Below are positions 25,692 through 33,079 of a DNA stretch of 33,079 bases, one piece after another; the stretch's first letter is position 1, and each line of letters starts with the position of its first letter. A program made the position numbers and the translations under genes. The notes under the pieces were generated by a model. It searched no databases. It saw only the letters and a program-made list of their open reading frames with translations, and was not told where the DNA came from. Origin of the DNA: a virus (Duplodnaviria; Heunggongvirae; Uroviricota; Caudoviricetes); IMG/VR virus record IMGVR_UViG_2698536401_000003. The stretch is one strand, 5' to 3'.

Positions 25692-26645
25692 TTACCCCCT
25701 GAATCCCGGCGGAATTTCGGTGTCCGGTTCAGAAATGTGATTCACACAACGCTGTACAGGCGAACGTCCCAGACGAATAACCAGCTCATCCCATTTTTCG
25801 CGAAGCTTTGACGGGCTCATGACGTTTTTTACCCAGAATGGATCCCGTTGTACCCGACTGAACATTTCGCAAATTTGCCTGTGAGTTCTGCCATCCAGCA
25901 TCCGCATTGTGCGCACGTCATTGGCCCATGCGGTCCAGTTTGGTTCTTTCGGTCGCGTGATCTCGCCATCATCGCTGGCAGCCTGTTCGTAAAGACTCAC
26001 GATTCGCCCCCAGATCCACTGCGCACACGTCAAATCTTCCTGGCTGCCCCACTGGCGTTTTTTCGCACTGAACACAACCGCGTCAGGATGTCGGGTTAAA
26101 AAATCCTGTTCAGCCGTCTCCTCGTCCGGTTGCGAAGCTTCCGGACAAGAAGTGTTTTTATTCTCTGTAGTAATCTCTGTAGGATCATCGGGCCATTTTG
26201 ACCCGATGACATTGGGTCGTTTTGAACCAATGGAGTGTGTCATTTTGGCCTCTTCCATCGTGTCATTTTGACCTGATGGAGCGGCGCATTTTGACCTGAT
26301 GGATTCGCTCAATTTGCCATCATCTAAAAGCTTGCTCTCGTAATTGATCGTGTAGAAATTAGTCATATCGCGCTTTGATTTATTGAGCTTTTCGCAACGC
26401 AAAAGCCCCAGCGTTTTCAGACTTGCAAATGCGCGTTTTAACGTTGACTCTGACCAGAACGGGAACTGTTCCAGCCATTGTTCAGTTGTGTTATAAATCC
26501 AGCGAACACCATCACATTCCATGCCGGAACTGGTATCTCTCAACCAGTAATGCAGCTGCTGCAACACGATGGCTTCGTTCAGACCAATTTTCATCGCCAG
26601 CTGCGTGTTTATAACCAGCGGGCGTTCAGCAAAAAGGAGCTTCAT
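25692..26645 (-). CDS. Replication initiator (lambda O-like/YdaU-like) containing the origin iterons
   Basis: 317 aa; the internal DNA carries five direct repeats (iterons), as for ori-lambda inside gene O; precedes the DnaC-like gene. Confidence 0.7.
   Translation of the reverse strand: MKLLFAERPLVINTQLAMKIGLNEAIVLQQLHYWLRDTSSGMECDGVRWIYNTTEQWLEQFPFWSESTLKRAFASLKTLGLLRCEKLNKSKRDMTNFYTINYESKLLDDGKLSESIRSKCAAPSGQNDTMEEAKMTHSIGSKRPNVIGSKWPDDPTEITTENKNTSCPEASQPDEETAEQDFLTRHPDAVVFSAKKRQWGSQEDLTCAQWIWGRIVSLYEQAASDDGEITRPKEPNWTAWANDVRTMRMLDGRTHRQICEMFSRVQRDPFWVKNVMSPSKLREKWDELVIRLGRSPVQRCVNHISEPDTEIPPGFRG
26190..26310. repeat. Origin-like iteron array: five direct repeats of about 23 bp (CATTTTGACCYGATG core)
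   Basis: ccattttgacccgatg, gtcgttttgaaccaatgg, tcattttggcctcttcc, tcattttgacctgatgg, cattttgacctgatgg at roughly 23-bp spacing inside the initiator gene. Confidence 0.6.
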
Positions 26646-26666
26646 CCCCCCCCCCAGAACACGTTA

Positions 26667-27092
26667 TCAATGCACCACCACGGCATTTCCCGCTGGGCCG
26701 CCACGATTCATCTGATTGAAACCAGCAATCGCCACTGCGACAAAATCATCAGCGTCTCTCACCAGTCGTTCCCGCGTCTCCACCAGTTCCCGAAAATAGG
26801 CTGAACTGTGGCTGCGCATTCGGGCCACCAGCAGAGGTGGCATTGCTTTTTCGATCGCTGGTAACAACGCCTGAATTTTTTTAACCGCATCAGGAGTGTC
26901 TTTCTCCACCCAGCGGAAAATTTTCTGGGTGTTACGGCCCAGGGCTTCCGGATGGCTGTCGTCGTACAATTCCGGGAACGTCATACCGAGTTCGAAATAC
27001 GCTTTGGTAATTTTCGCAGCCGGTACTTTCTCGCCGTCTGGATGCGCCCAGGCATTCATCGCCATGCGGATGTGTTCATGCTTGATTTTCAT
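26667..27092 (-). CDS. YdaT-like protein (CII-position regulator of Rac-type prophages; assignment by size/synteny)
   Basis: 141 aa, starts MKIKHEHI; lies between the cro-like gene and the replication initiator. Confidence 0.5.
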   Translation of the reverse strand: MKIKHEHIRMAMNAWAHPDGEKVPAAKITKAYFELGMTFPELYDDSHPEALGRNTQKIFRWVEKDTPDAVKKIQALLPAIEKAMPPLLVARMRSHSSAYFRELVETRERLVRDADDFVAVAIAGFNQMNRGGPAGNAVVVH

Positions 27093-27348
27093 GAATCAAC
27101 TCCGGCGCATTTGATGTGTTAACCTTACATCCAACAGGTAAACCGTCGGTTGGGTTAGGGTATTTATCAGGGCGCAATTCATGCGGAGTCACTCCCCAGC
27201 CAAGCGCCTCACATGCTGGAATGACCTCCTCCGCAGGAACTCGTTTTTTAAACCACCCACTTATAGTTTGTGGAGTTTTACCAAGACGACGCCCTAACTC
27301 TGATTGGCTCATTATCGACAGGATTTTCACTTGAGTACTTTTTTGCAT
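27076..27348 (-). CDS. Cro-like HTH regulator (YdaS-like)
   Basis: ORF 27076..27360 trimmed to the ATG at 27348, which is preceded by a GGAGG SD; HTH MSQSELGRRLGKTPQTISGW; divergent from the repressor gene. Confidence 0.7.
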   Translation of the reverse strand: MQKSTQVKILSIMSQSELGRRLGKTPQTISGWFKKRVPAEEVIPACEALGWGVTPHELRPDKYPNPTDGLPVGCKVNTSNAPELIHENQA

Positions 27349-27360
27349 GTTTCCCTCCAA

Positions 27361-27474
27361 ACTTTACGATGGCACCGATAATTACAAATTTAATTTTAAT
27401 TTTCAACTTCTATTTGTAATGCCACTTATCAATTTTTTCTGTAGGATTGCAGGATTAGTTTTCGAGGGGTGGTG
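27361..27474. promoter_or_regulatory. Immunity-region intergenic operator/promoter region (OR-like)
   Basis: AT-rich 114-bp divergent intergenic region containing TTACAAATTTAATTTTAATTTT...ATTTGTAA inverted-repeat elements; a related motif recurs at 28636-28674. Confidence 0.5.
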
Positions 27475-27867
27475 ATGATCTTTGTAAAACGCCTTCAGCA
27501 GGTGTTGCAGGAATTGAATATAAACCAGTCAGAGCTGGGAAGACGTCTTGGTGTAAAACCCCAATCCGTGCAAGGTTGGTTGAAAGGCGTGATGCCAAGA
27601 ATGGATAAATTGGAAAAATTAGCAGAGCTCTCACAACATCCCGTCCATTGGTTCTTTATGGAAGAAGAAACTCTCGGCGATAAGATGGCTGTATCCAGTA
27701 ATGACAACCAACCGCAACTTACAGAACAACAACGAAAAATCATATCGCTTTTAGATGAGTTACCTCAAAGCGACGCAGAGCAGATCATTCGGGATATGGA
27801 GCAAAAACGCGATTTCTATAAACGCAAACTTGAAGAGTTACTGCGGCAGAAAAACAAAACTGCCTGA
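27475..27867 (+). CDS. CI-like prophage repressor (HTH XRE family; RacR-like position)
   Basis: ATG at 27475 after GAGGGG; HTH NQSELGRRLGVKPQSVQGW; divergent from the cro-like gene. Confidence 0.8.
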   Translation: MIFVKRLQQVLQELNINQSELGRRLGVKPQSVQGWLKGVMPRMDKLEKLAELSQHPVHWFFMEEETLGDKMAVSSNDNQPQLTEQQRKIISLLDELPQSDAEQIIRDMEQKRDFYKRKLEELLRQKNKTA

Positions 27868-27913
27868 TGCGTTCCTTTTCTGGAACGAGCATCAGGCAAA
27901 TGACTAACAGATT

Positions 27914-28273
27914 TTATAATCCCACCAGGCTTTCCAAGGGGATACCAAATTGATTATGAAGACGGCGAATCATTGGTAACGTAAGGCTTCTGGTGCCATT
28001 CAACACCTCGTAAACCCGATTTTTTTTTCCAATTGCGGGTTCCAAATCTTTCACGGTCAGCCCCTGCTGTTCCATGCGAAATCTTATAGCTTCAATTGGG
28101 GATGGTGGCTCAATGGGATAATGTTTTTTTTCATATTCCGCTATTAGCAAACACATCACCTCAAAGAAATCCCCCTCAGGCGTGTTAATTTCCGGCTCAT
28201 TGTCGAACATGGGCTCAACAGCACGCAACGCGGCTTCATAATCTTGCTCTGTACGAATAGGTTTGATGTTCAT
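27914..28273 (-). CDS. higA: HigA-family antitoxin (HTH XRE)
   Basis: 119 aa; C-terminal HTH KNRVYEVLNGTRSLTLPMIRRLHNQFGIP, like HigA; start overlaps the higB stop. Confidence 0.75.
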   Translation of the reverse strand: MNIKPIRTEQDYEAALRAVEPMFDNEPEINTPEGDFFEVMCLLIAEYEKKHYPIEPPSPIEAIRFRMEQQGLTVKDLEPAIGKKNRVYEVLNGTRSLTLPMIRRLHNQFGIPLESLVGL

Positions 28274-28275
28274 GC

Positions 28276-28578
28276 TTACTCCGGTTCAATGGTATCAGCA
28301 TCAATGGCATCGTATTCCTTGTGGTTTCCGATGAATTTAACAAATACCCATCCTCGCTGATACGCAATTGCAACAATTAAACGGTAATGATTACCTTTTA
28401 TGTTGAATACCACGCGCCGGTTTTTCAATATACTGGCCGTTCGGTATTGTGCCTTAATGTCTGCCGGGCTTTTCCAGTCAGCCTTTGCTGCCTCATCCAC
28501 CCATGCCCTTAGCGGTTGTTCTGCATCGGGATTCTCCGCCCAAAAATCCCTAAGCGTTTTAACTGAGATGATCTTCAT
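28276..28578 (-). CDS. higB: HigB-family toxin (RelE/ParE superfamily mRNA interferase)
   Basis: 100 aa; NHYRLIVAIAYQRGWVFVKFIGNHKEYD resembles the HigB core (xxxRvvamvffesqkcyIrevmtHkEYD); toxin-first order typical of higBA. Confidence 0.8.
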   Translation of the reverse strand: MKIISVKTLRDFWAENPDAEQPLRAWVDEAAKADWKSPADIKAQYRTASILKNRRVVFNIKGNHYRLIVAIAYQRGWVFVKFIGNHKEYDAIDADTIEPE

Positions 28579-28619
28579 AACTGTATGGTAGTCCCATTTC
28601 GGGACTAATGCAATCGGCC

Positions 28620-28690
28620 TCAGCTACAAATTTAATGATAAATATATTGACCAATTAAATTTTAATTTGTAGATTATACTCACCAACCAA
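28620..28690. promoter_or_regulatory. OL-like operator/promoter region between higB and the plus-strand early-left genes
   Basis: CTACAAATTTAATGATAAATATATTGACCAATTAAATTTTAATTTGTAG contains an inverted repeat sharing the ACAAATTTAAT motif with the OR-like region; includes a TTGACC -35-like hexamer. Confidence 0.4.
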
Positions 28691-28853
28691 CTCCCCGCCC
28701 CACAGAACGCAGGGCAATACTTCGAGTTACCAGGCAGTGGTCAGGGGTTAAGTAGCCAGCCCGAGGCGTAAGAACATGACGGCAGGGTTCAACTTTAACT
28801 ATGCAGCAGGTTTTTGTTCCGCTACCCCGGCGTTAAGGGGAAATGAGGTCAAC

Positions 28854-29009
28854 ATGGATACTATCGATCTTGGCAACAACGAATCTCTGGTATACGGCGT
28901 GTTTCCCAACCAGGACGGCACATTCACCGCGATGACGTATACCAAAAGCAAAACGTTTAAAACCGAAACTGGCGCGCGTCGCTGGCTGGAAAGAAACTCA
29001 GGCGAGTGA
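28854..29009 (+). CDS. Small hypothetical protein (51 aa; YdaF-like by size and position)
   Basis: ORF 28776..29009 trimmed to the ATG at 28854 (GAGG SD); stop overlaps the start of the next small gene (GTGATATGG). Confidence 0.55.
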   Translation: MDTIDLGNNESLVYGVFPNQDGTFTAMTYTKSKTFKTETGARRWLERNSGE

Positions 29010-29010
29010 T

Positions 29011-29139
29011 ATGGATTTCGACACAATCATGGAAAAGGCTTACGAAGAATACTTCGAAGGCCTTGCCGAAGGCGAAGAAGCTCTCAGCTTCAGTGAGTTT
29101 AAACAGGCGCTTTCCAGCTCGGCAAAATCTAACGGCTGA
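29011..29139 (+). CDS. Small acidic hypothetical protein (42 aa; YdaG-like by size and position)
   Basis: ATG at 29011 translationally coupled to the upstream gene; MDFDTIMEKAYEEYFEGLAEGEEALSFSEFKQALSSSAKSNG. Preferred over the overlapping basic 69-aa ORF 29006..29215. Confidence 0.5.
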   Translation: MDFDTIMEKAYEEYFEGLAEGEEALSFSEFKQALSSSAKSNG

Positions 29140-29168
29140 TAAGCGAAACAGCACCGCGAGGAATCAGT

Positions 29169-29387
29169 ATGCAGAAACGAGAACCCGTCATCATCGCGCC
29201 AGACTATACCGATGATGAACTTTATGAGTGGATGCGCCAGAAAATTAATGCAGCGCAGGATCTGAAATGGGCCAATGAAGCAAGGGCTAAGCAGGCTGAA
29301 AATCTGTCCGCTCTGGAGCAGGATATCACCAGGCTGGAAAAAGCAGCGGCATTAAGCATTGCCAGAATGATTACATACCCACGTTAA
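29169..29387 (+). CDS. Hypothetical protein (72 aa)
   Basis: ATG preceded by GCGAGGAATCAGT; part of the plus-strand early-left gene string. Confidence 0.55.
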   Translation: MQKREPVIIAPDYTDDELYEWMRQKINAAQDLKWANEARAKQAENLSALEQDITRLEKAAALSIARMITYPR

Positions 29388-29408
29388 TAGCTAACCAACG
29401 AGGCTATA

Positions 29409-30047
29409 ATGGAATTTAAAGATTTACCAATATCAATACAGGAAATGGTCGCTGATGTGATTCGCTCGCAACTGGCGCGGAACCCAATGGTATTAGTAGA
29501 TAAAGTGTTCATCAGAAATTTATCAAATCATGTCCGCAATTCTTTTACCGGACTGTATTCAGATTCGTTCACAAACAATCATTGTGTAGAAAATAAAGCA
29601 AAGCCCATTGCAGAAACGATAACGCAAAACATCAATACGAAACAAACCGAAGAAGAAATTGACCAGTTTACCCGAGATACTGGCTTAAAATGCAGGAAAG
29701 AAAAATCGCCATATGCGGGGAATATGTTTGTTTATGACAACCTTATCCGAATTCGTGGCGAAATTCCGACTGAATACCTAGCAAGAATTCACCAGGCATT
29801 ACTTAAAAATCTGGAAACGGAAGTATTTGATGGCAATACCAACGGCTCCTTCGTGGTGTCAACTCTAGCAAAAGAGTGGGATACAGATAATCGCTGGAAT
29901 GTTGCCACATGGTTATTCAGCAACAAAGCTGCTGCCCTGGAAGCTGCGGCCTGTATTTGCGACCTGCTAAGGACAGACCGCAAATACAACCTGGATGTGT
30001 ATAGCTATATTTATGCTGAACACTATCCGCTATGGATTAACTGGTAA
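29409..30047 (+). CDS. Hypothetical protein (212 aa) in a relatively AT-rich block
   Basis: ATG preceded by ACGAGG; no motif I recognise; convergent with the following minus-strand gene, no spacer. Confidence 0.6.
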   Translation: MEFKDLPISIQEMVADVIRSQLARNPMVLVDKVFIRNLSNHVRNSFTGLYSDSFTNNHCVENKAKPIAETITQNINTKQTEEEIDQFTRDTGLKCRKEKSPYAGNMFVYDNLIRIRGEIPTEYLARIHQALLKNLETEVFDGNTNGSFVVSTLAKEWDTDNRWNVATWLFSNKAAALEAAACICDLLRTDRKYNLDVYSYIYAEHYPLWINW

Positions 30048-30257
30048 TTACAAAGCTGCACCAGCAGGGCCACGGCGACCAGCGCCACGATTGTAATCAA
30101 TGATGCCATTATAAAGCGCATTATTTAATTTATCGTCGAATGCCGATTCTGTGAGCCCTAGCTCTGAATGAGTTTTTAATAACCCTGATTGCCTGAGTTG
30201 ATTAACCAGGCATTCAATCTGTTTTTCAATAATCGGATGTATTGGCTTGTTTGGCAT
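30048..30257 (-). CDS. Hypothetical small protein (69 aa), transcribed against the early-left operon
   Basis: ORF 30048..30329 trimmed to the ATG at 30257, preceded by a strong SD AATGGAGGATAAA. Confidence 0.55.
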   Translation of the reverse strand: MPNKPIHPIIEKQIECLVNQLRQSGLLKTHSELGLTESAFDDKLNNALYNGIIDYNRGAGRRGPAGAAL

Positions 30258-30649
30258 TTTATCCTCCATTGAAGTTACTGGTTGAGAATGGAGACCACAC
30301 GTGACAGCGTGTTGTCGTGCGCCGGACACGGATAAGAATCCGGCACTGACAGTTTACTGAAAGAATATATCCCTGAAAAGTCAGGGCATAACGCGAAAGC
30401 GCACGGCGGAGGTGTCTTTTCCTTAGAAGGCTTGTCGTTAGATTTCTTCGATTGTGTGCTTCCGGTTGTGGCACTCCGCGAAATGGCGCGGCGGTAAGTA
30501 TGGCGGGGTTATTCCTTACCCCCATTGGTGGCACCGGGTTGTCAGGTTGACCATACGCCTGAGTGACAACCCCGCTACAACACTCCATGTTGATTTGTAC
30601 CTTTGGCGGCATCAGTTTCATTGCTGGCTGATGTCCGCCCTTTTTAAAG

Positions 30650-30809
30650 TGAATTTTGTGATGCGGTGAATGCGGCTGAGCGCACGCGGAACAGTTAAAA
30701 AGCGATTAGTTCCCCCGTATCGGGTGTTTATGGGTTTCCCTGTATCCGGCGTTAATTGTTAACTGGTTAACGTCACCTGGAGGCACCAGGCACCGCATCA
30801 CAAAATTCA
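30650..30809. repeat. Perfect 19-bp inverted repeat pair flanking a 122-bp segment
   Basis: TGAATTTTGTGATGCGGTG (30650-30668) and its exact reverse complement CACCGCATCACAAAATTCA (30791-30809); the downstream arm ends about 18 nt before an SD (GAGGA) and the ATG at 30827. Confidence 0.7.
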
Positions 30810-30826
30810 TTGTTGAGGACGCGATA

Positions 30827-31009
30827 ATGGAAACGTTATTACCAAACGTTAATACGTCTGAAGGTTGTTTTGAAATTGGTGTCAAAATCAGTAACCCAGT
30901 ATTTACTGAAGATGCCATTAATAAGAGAAAACACGAACGGGAGCTATTAAATCAAATATGCATTGTTTCAATGCTGGCCCGTTTACGCCTGATGCAAAAA
31001 GGACGCTGA
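30827..31009 (+). CDS. Hypothetical small protein (60 aa)
   Basis: ATG preceded by GAGGACGCGATA; stop is 2 nt before the next ATG. Confidence 0.5.
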   Translation: METLLPNVNTSEGCFEIGVKISNPVFTEDAINKRKHERELLNQICIVSMLARLRLMQKGR

Positions 31010-31011
31010 CA

Positions 31012-31203
31012 ATGAATACAGCATTTGCACTCGTTCTGACAGTTTTTCTTAATACAGGCGAACCAGTCGATCTTGTTATTGGTATACATGACTCAATGAA
31101 AGAATGCATGGCTGCCGCAGCGGAACAGAAAATTCCCGGCAACTGTTATCCGGTTGATAAAGTTATTCGCATGGACAATAACGAAATCCCGGCAGGTCTT
31201 TAA
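31012..31203 (+). CDS. Hypothetical small protein (63 aa) with N-terminal hydrophobic segment
   Basis: ORF 30958..31203 trimmed to the ATG at 31012 (AAGGA SD); MNTAFALVLTVFLNTGEPV... looks like a signal peptide or TM helix. Confidence 0.5.
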   Translation: MNTAFALVLTVFLNTGEPVDLVIGIHDSMKECMAAAAEQKIPGNCYPVDKVIRMDNNEIPAGL

Positions 31204-31295
31204 AACAGTTCCGTAATAAACATCCGATTTCATTCTTATATGCCAGCAATGGCAGGGATTTGTTCACCCTTAAATCTGTAATGAGGTAAAACAAA

Positions 31296-33079
31296 ATGAG
31301 TAAAGTCTTTATTTGCGCCGCCATTCCGGACGAACAGGCAATAAAGGAAGAAGGTGCAGTCGCTGTAGCCACTGCCATTGAAGCCGGTGATGAACGTCGC
31401 GCCCGCGCAAAATTTCACTGGCAATTCCTGGAACATTATCCGGCTGCTCAGGACTGCGCTTATAAATTTCTTGTTTGCGAGGATAAACCCGGTATACCCC
31501 GCCCTGCCCTCGATTCCTGGGATGCTGAATATATGCAGGAAAACCGCTGGGATGAGGAGTCTGCTTCCTTTGTACCGGTTGAGACTGAATCCGATCCGAT
31601 GAACGTCACTTTTGACAAGCTGGCCCCTGAAGTACAGAACGCTGTCATGGTTAAGTTCGACACATGTGAAAACATCACCGTTGATATGGTGATTAGCGCA
31701 CAGGAATTGTTGCAGGAAGACATGGCAACATTCGACGGACATATCGTTGAAGCATTGATGAAAATGCCAGAAGTTAACGCCATGTATCCGGAGCTTAAGC
31801 TGCATGCCATCGGGTGGGTTAAGCATAAATGTAAGCCTGGTGCCAAATGGCCCGAAATTCAGGCAGAGATGCGCATCTGGAAAAAACGTCGCGAAGGTGA
31901 ACGCAAGGAAACCGGAAAATACACGTCTGTTATTGATCTCGCCCGCGCCAGAGCCAATCAACAGAACACTGAAAATTCAACAGGAAAAATCAACCCGGTC
32001 ATTGCTGCCACTCATCGCGAATACAAGCAGACATGGAAAACGCTGGATGAAGAACTGGCCTACGCTCTGTGGCCTGGCGATATTAATGCCGGAAACATTG
32101 ACGGCAGCATCCATCGCTGGGCAAAAAATGAAGTTATCGACAAAGATCGCGAAGACTGGAAGCGCATTTCCGCATCAATGCGCAAACAACCCGATGCCGT
32201 CCGCTACGACCGTCAGACTATTTTTGGCCTTGTCCGTGAGCGTCCGATCGACATTCACAAAGATCCCGTGGCACTGAACAAATACATCACTGAATACCTG
32301 GCGACAAAGGGCGTGTTTGAGGATGAAGAAACAGACCAGAACACTGCTGATATTCTCCAGCCGTCAGCAGCACAAACTGATGCAGTGGAAACTGAAGTAT
32401 CTGATACCCAAAAAAATGAAAGCACGCTGGAAACTGAACCATCTGTAGAGCGTGAGGGGCCGTTCTACTTCCTTTTCACCGATAAGGATGGCGAAAAATA
32501 TGGTCGTGCAAACAAACTTTCTGGTCTGAATAAGGCGCTGGCTGCAGGGGCTACTGAAATCACGAAAGAAGAATATTTTGCCCGCAAAAACGGCACATAC
32601 TCAGGTTCACAACAAAATACTGGTGCATCTGACACGATCGCACAACCAGAGCCGGTAAAAGTTACCGCTGACGAAGTAAACAAAATTATGCAGGCAGCCA
32701 ATATCAGCCAGCCTGACGCCAATAAGTTGCTTGCTGTATCACGTGGTGAATTTGTTGCAGGGATTAGCGACCCGAATGATCCGAAATGGGTGAAGGGGAT
32801 TGAAACCCGCGATTCAGTGAATCAGAACCAGCAAAAAACGGAACAGAACGACCAGAAAGCGGAACAAAACAGCCCAAATGCGTTACAAAACGAGCCAGAA
32901 ACGAAACAACCTGAGCCAGTAGCGCAACAGGAACCGGAAAAAGTCTGCACCGCCTGCGGTCAGAGCGGTGGCGGCAACTGCCCTGATTGTGGCGCGGTGA
33001 TGGGCGACGCAACATACCAGGAAACATTCGATGAAGAGAATCAGGTTGAAGTTCAGGAAAATGATCCGGAGGAAATGGA
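31296..33079 (+). CDS. recE: Exodeoxyribonuclease VIII (RecE)-like, N-terminal portion; 3' end beyond the window
   Basis: Plus-strand frame open from the ATG at 31296 to the window end, absent from the ORF track because it has no stop. Translation contains [30 protein letters not shown], matching the recalled Rac RecE segment [30 protein letters not shown]. Confidence 0.7.
   Translation, partial: [594 protein letters not shown]

Larger units (their letters stand above)
1..33079. mobile_element. Internal segment of a lambdoid (Rac/lambda-like) prophage; neither end is in the window
   Basis: Lambda-collinear packaging/head/tail gene order on the minus strand, cos site, lysis cassette, Q/RusA/nin region, O-like and DnaC-like replication genes, divergent CI-like/Cro-like immunity region, recE-like gene in the pL-direction operon. 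Confidence 0.9.

Noticed and set aside
29006-29215. Plus-strand 69-aa basic ORF
   Set aside because: A different frame from the translationally coupled 42-aa acidic ORF at 29011..29139, which has a better start context; the 69-aa frame is Arg/Lys-rich and overlaps the next gene's SD and start.
30259-30669. ORFs 30259..30621 (minus) and 30454..30669 (plus)
   Set aside because: No SD, His/Trp/Arg-rich low-complexity translations, mutually overlapping within the structured non-coding region; treated as non-coding.
30650-30809. Insertion sequence or transposon bounded by the 19-bp inverted repeats
   Set aside because: The enclosed 122 bp has no transposase ORF and no obvious target-site duplication; only a MITE-like or regulatory interpretation remains possible.
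31236-31961. Minus-strand ORFs 31236..31961 and 31460..31846, and plus ORFs 31378..31602 and 31804..32277
   Set aside because: They overlap the long plus-strand recE-like frame (31296 to window end) in other frames; the recE-like frame carries the conserved RecE segment.

Overview
This window is an internal segment of a lambdoid, Rac/lambda-like enterobacterial prophage, read here entirely from the sequence and the ORF track (protein similarities are from memory, not database searches). The minus strand carries one long early-right/late transcription direction (high to low coordinates): cro-like regulator, YdaT-like protein, O-like initiator with ori iterons, DnaC-like loader, nin-region genes, a hok/mok type I TA locus, a Doc-family type II TA pair, a Cys/His-rich protein, RusA, a small Q-like antiterminator, a moron block (CPBP/Abi-family membrane protease, small protein, orphan DNA methyltransferase, tRNA-Gly-like gene), the lysis cassette, further small morons, cos, then a lambda-collinear packaging/head/tail module (Nu1, A, W, B, C/Nu3, D, E, FI, FII, Z, U, V, G, G-T frameshift, H). 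The plus strand carries the CI-like repressor and the pL-like operon ending in a recE-like exonuclease gene that runs off the window. A higBA module sits between the repressor and the leftward operator, where lambda carries rexAB. I found no single clearly novel system; the best candidates for follow-up are the CPBP/methyltransferase/tRNA moron block, the high density of TA modules, a structured ~500 bp non-coding region with a perfect 19-bp inverted repeat, and the cos-proximal small-protein genes with no recognisable spanin. Coordinates of features absent from the ORF track (tRNA, terminators, small ORFs, cos) were counted by hand and may be off by a few bases.
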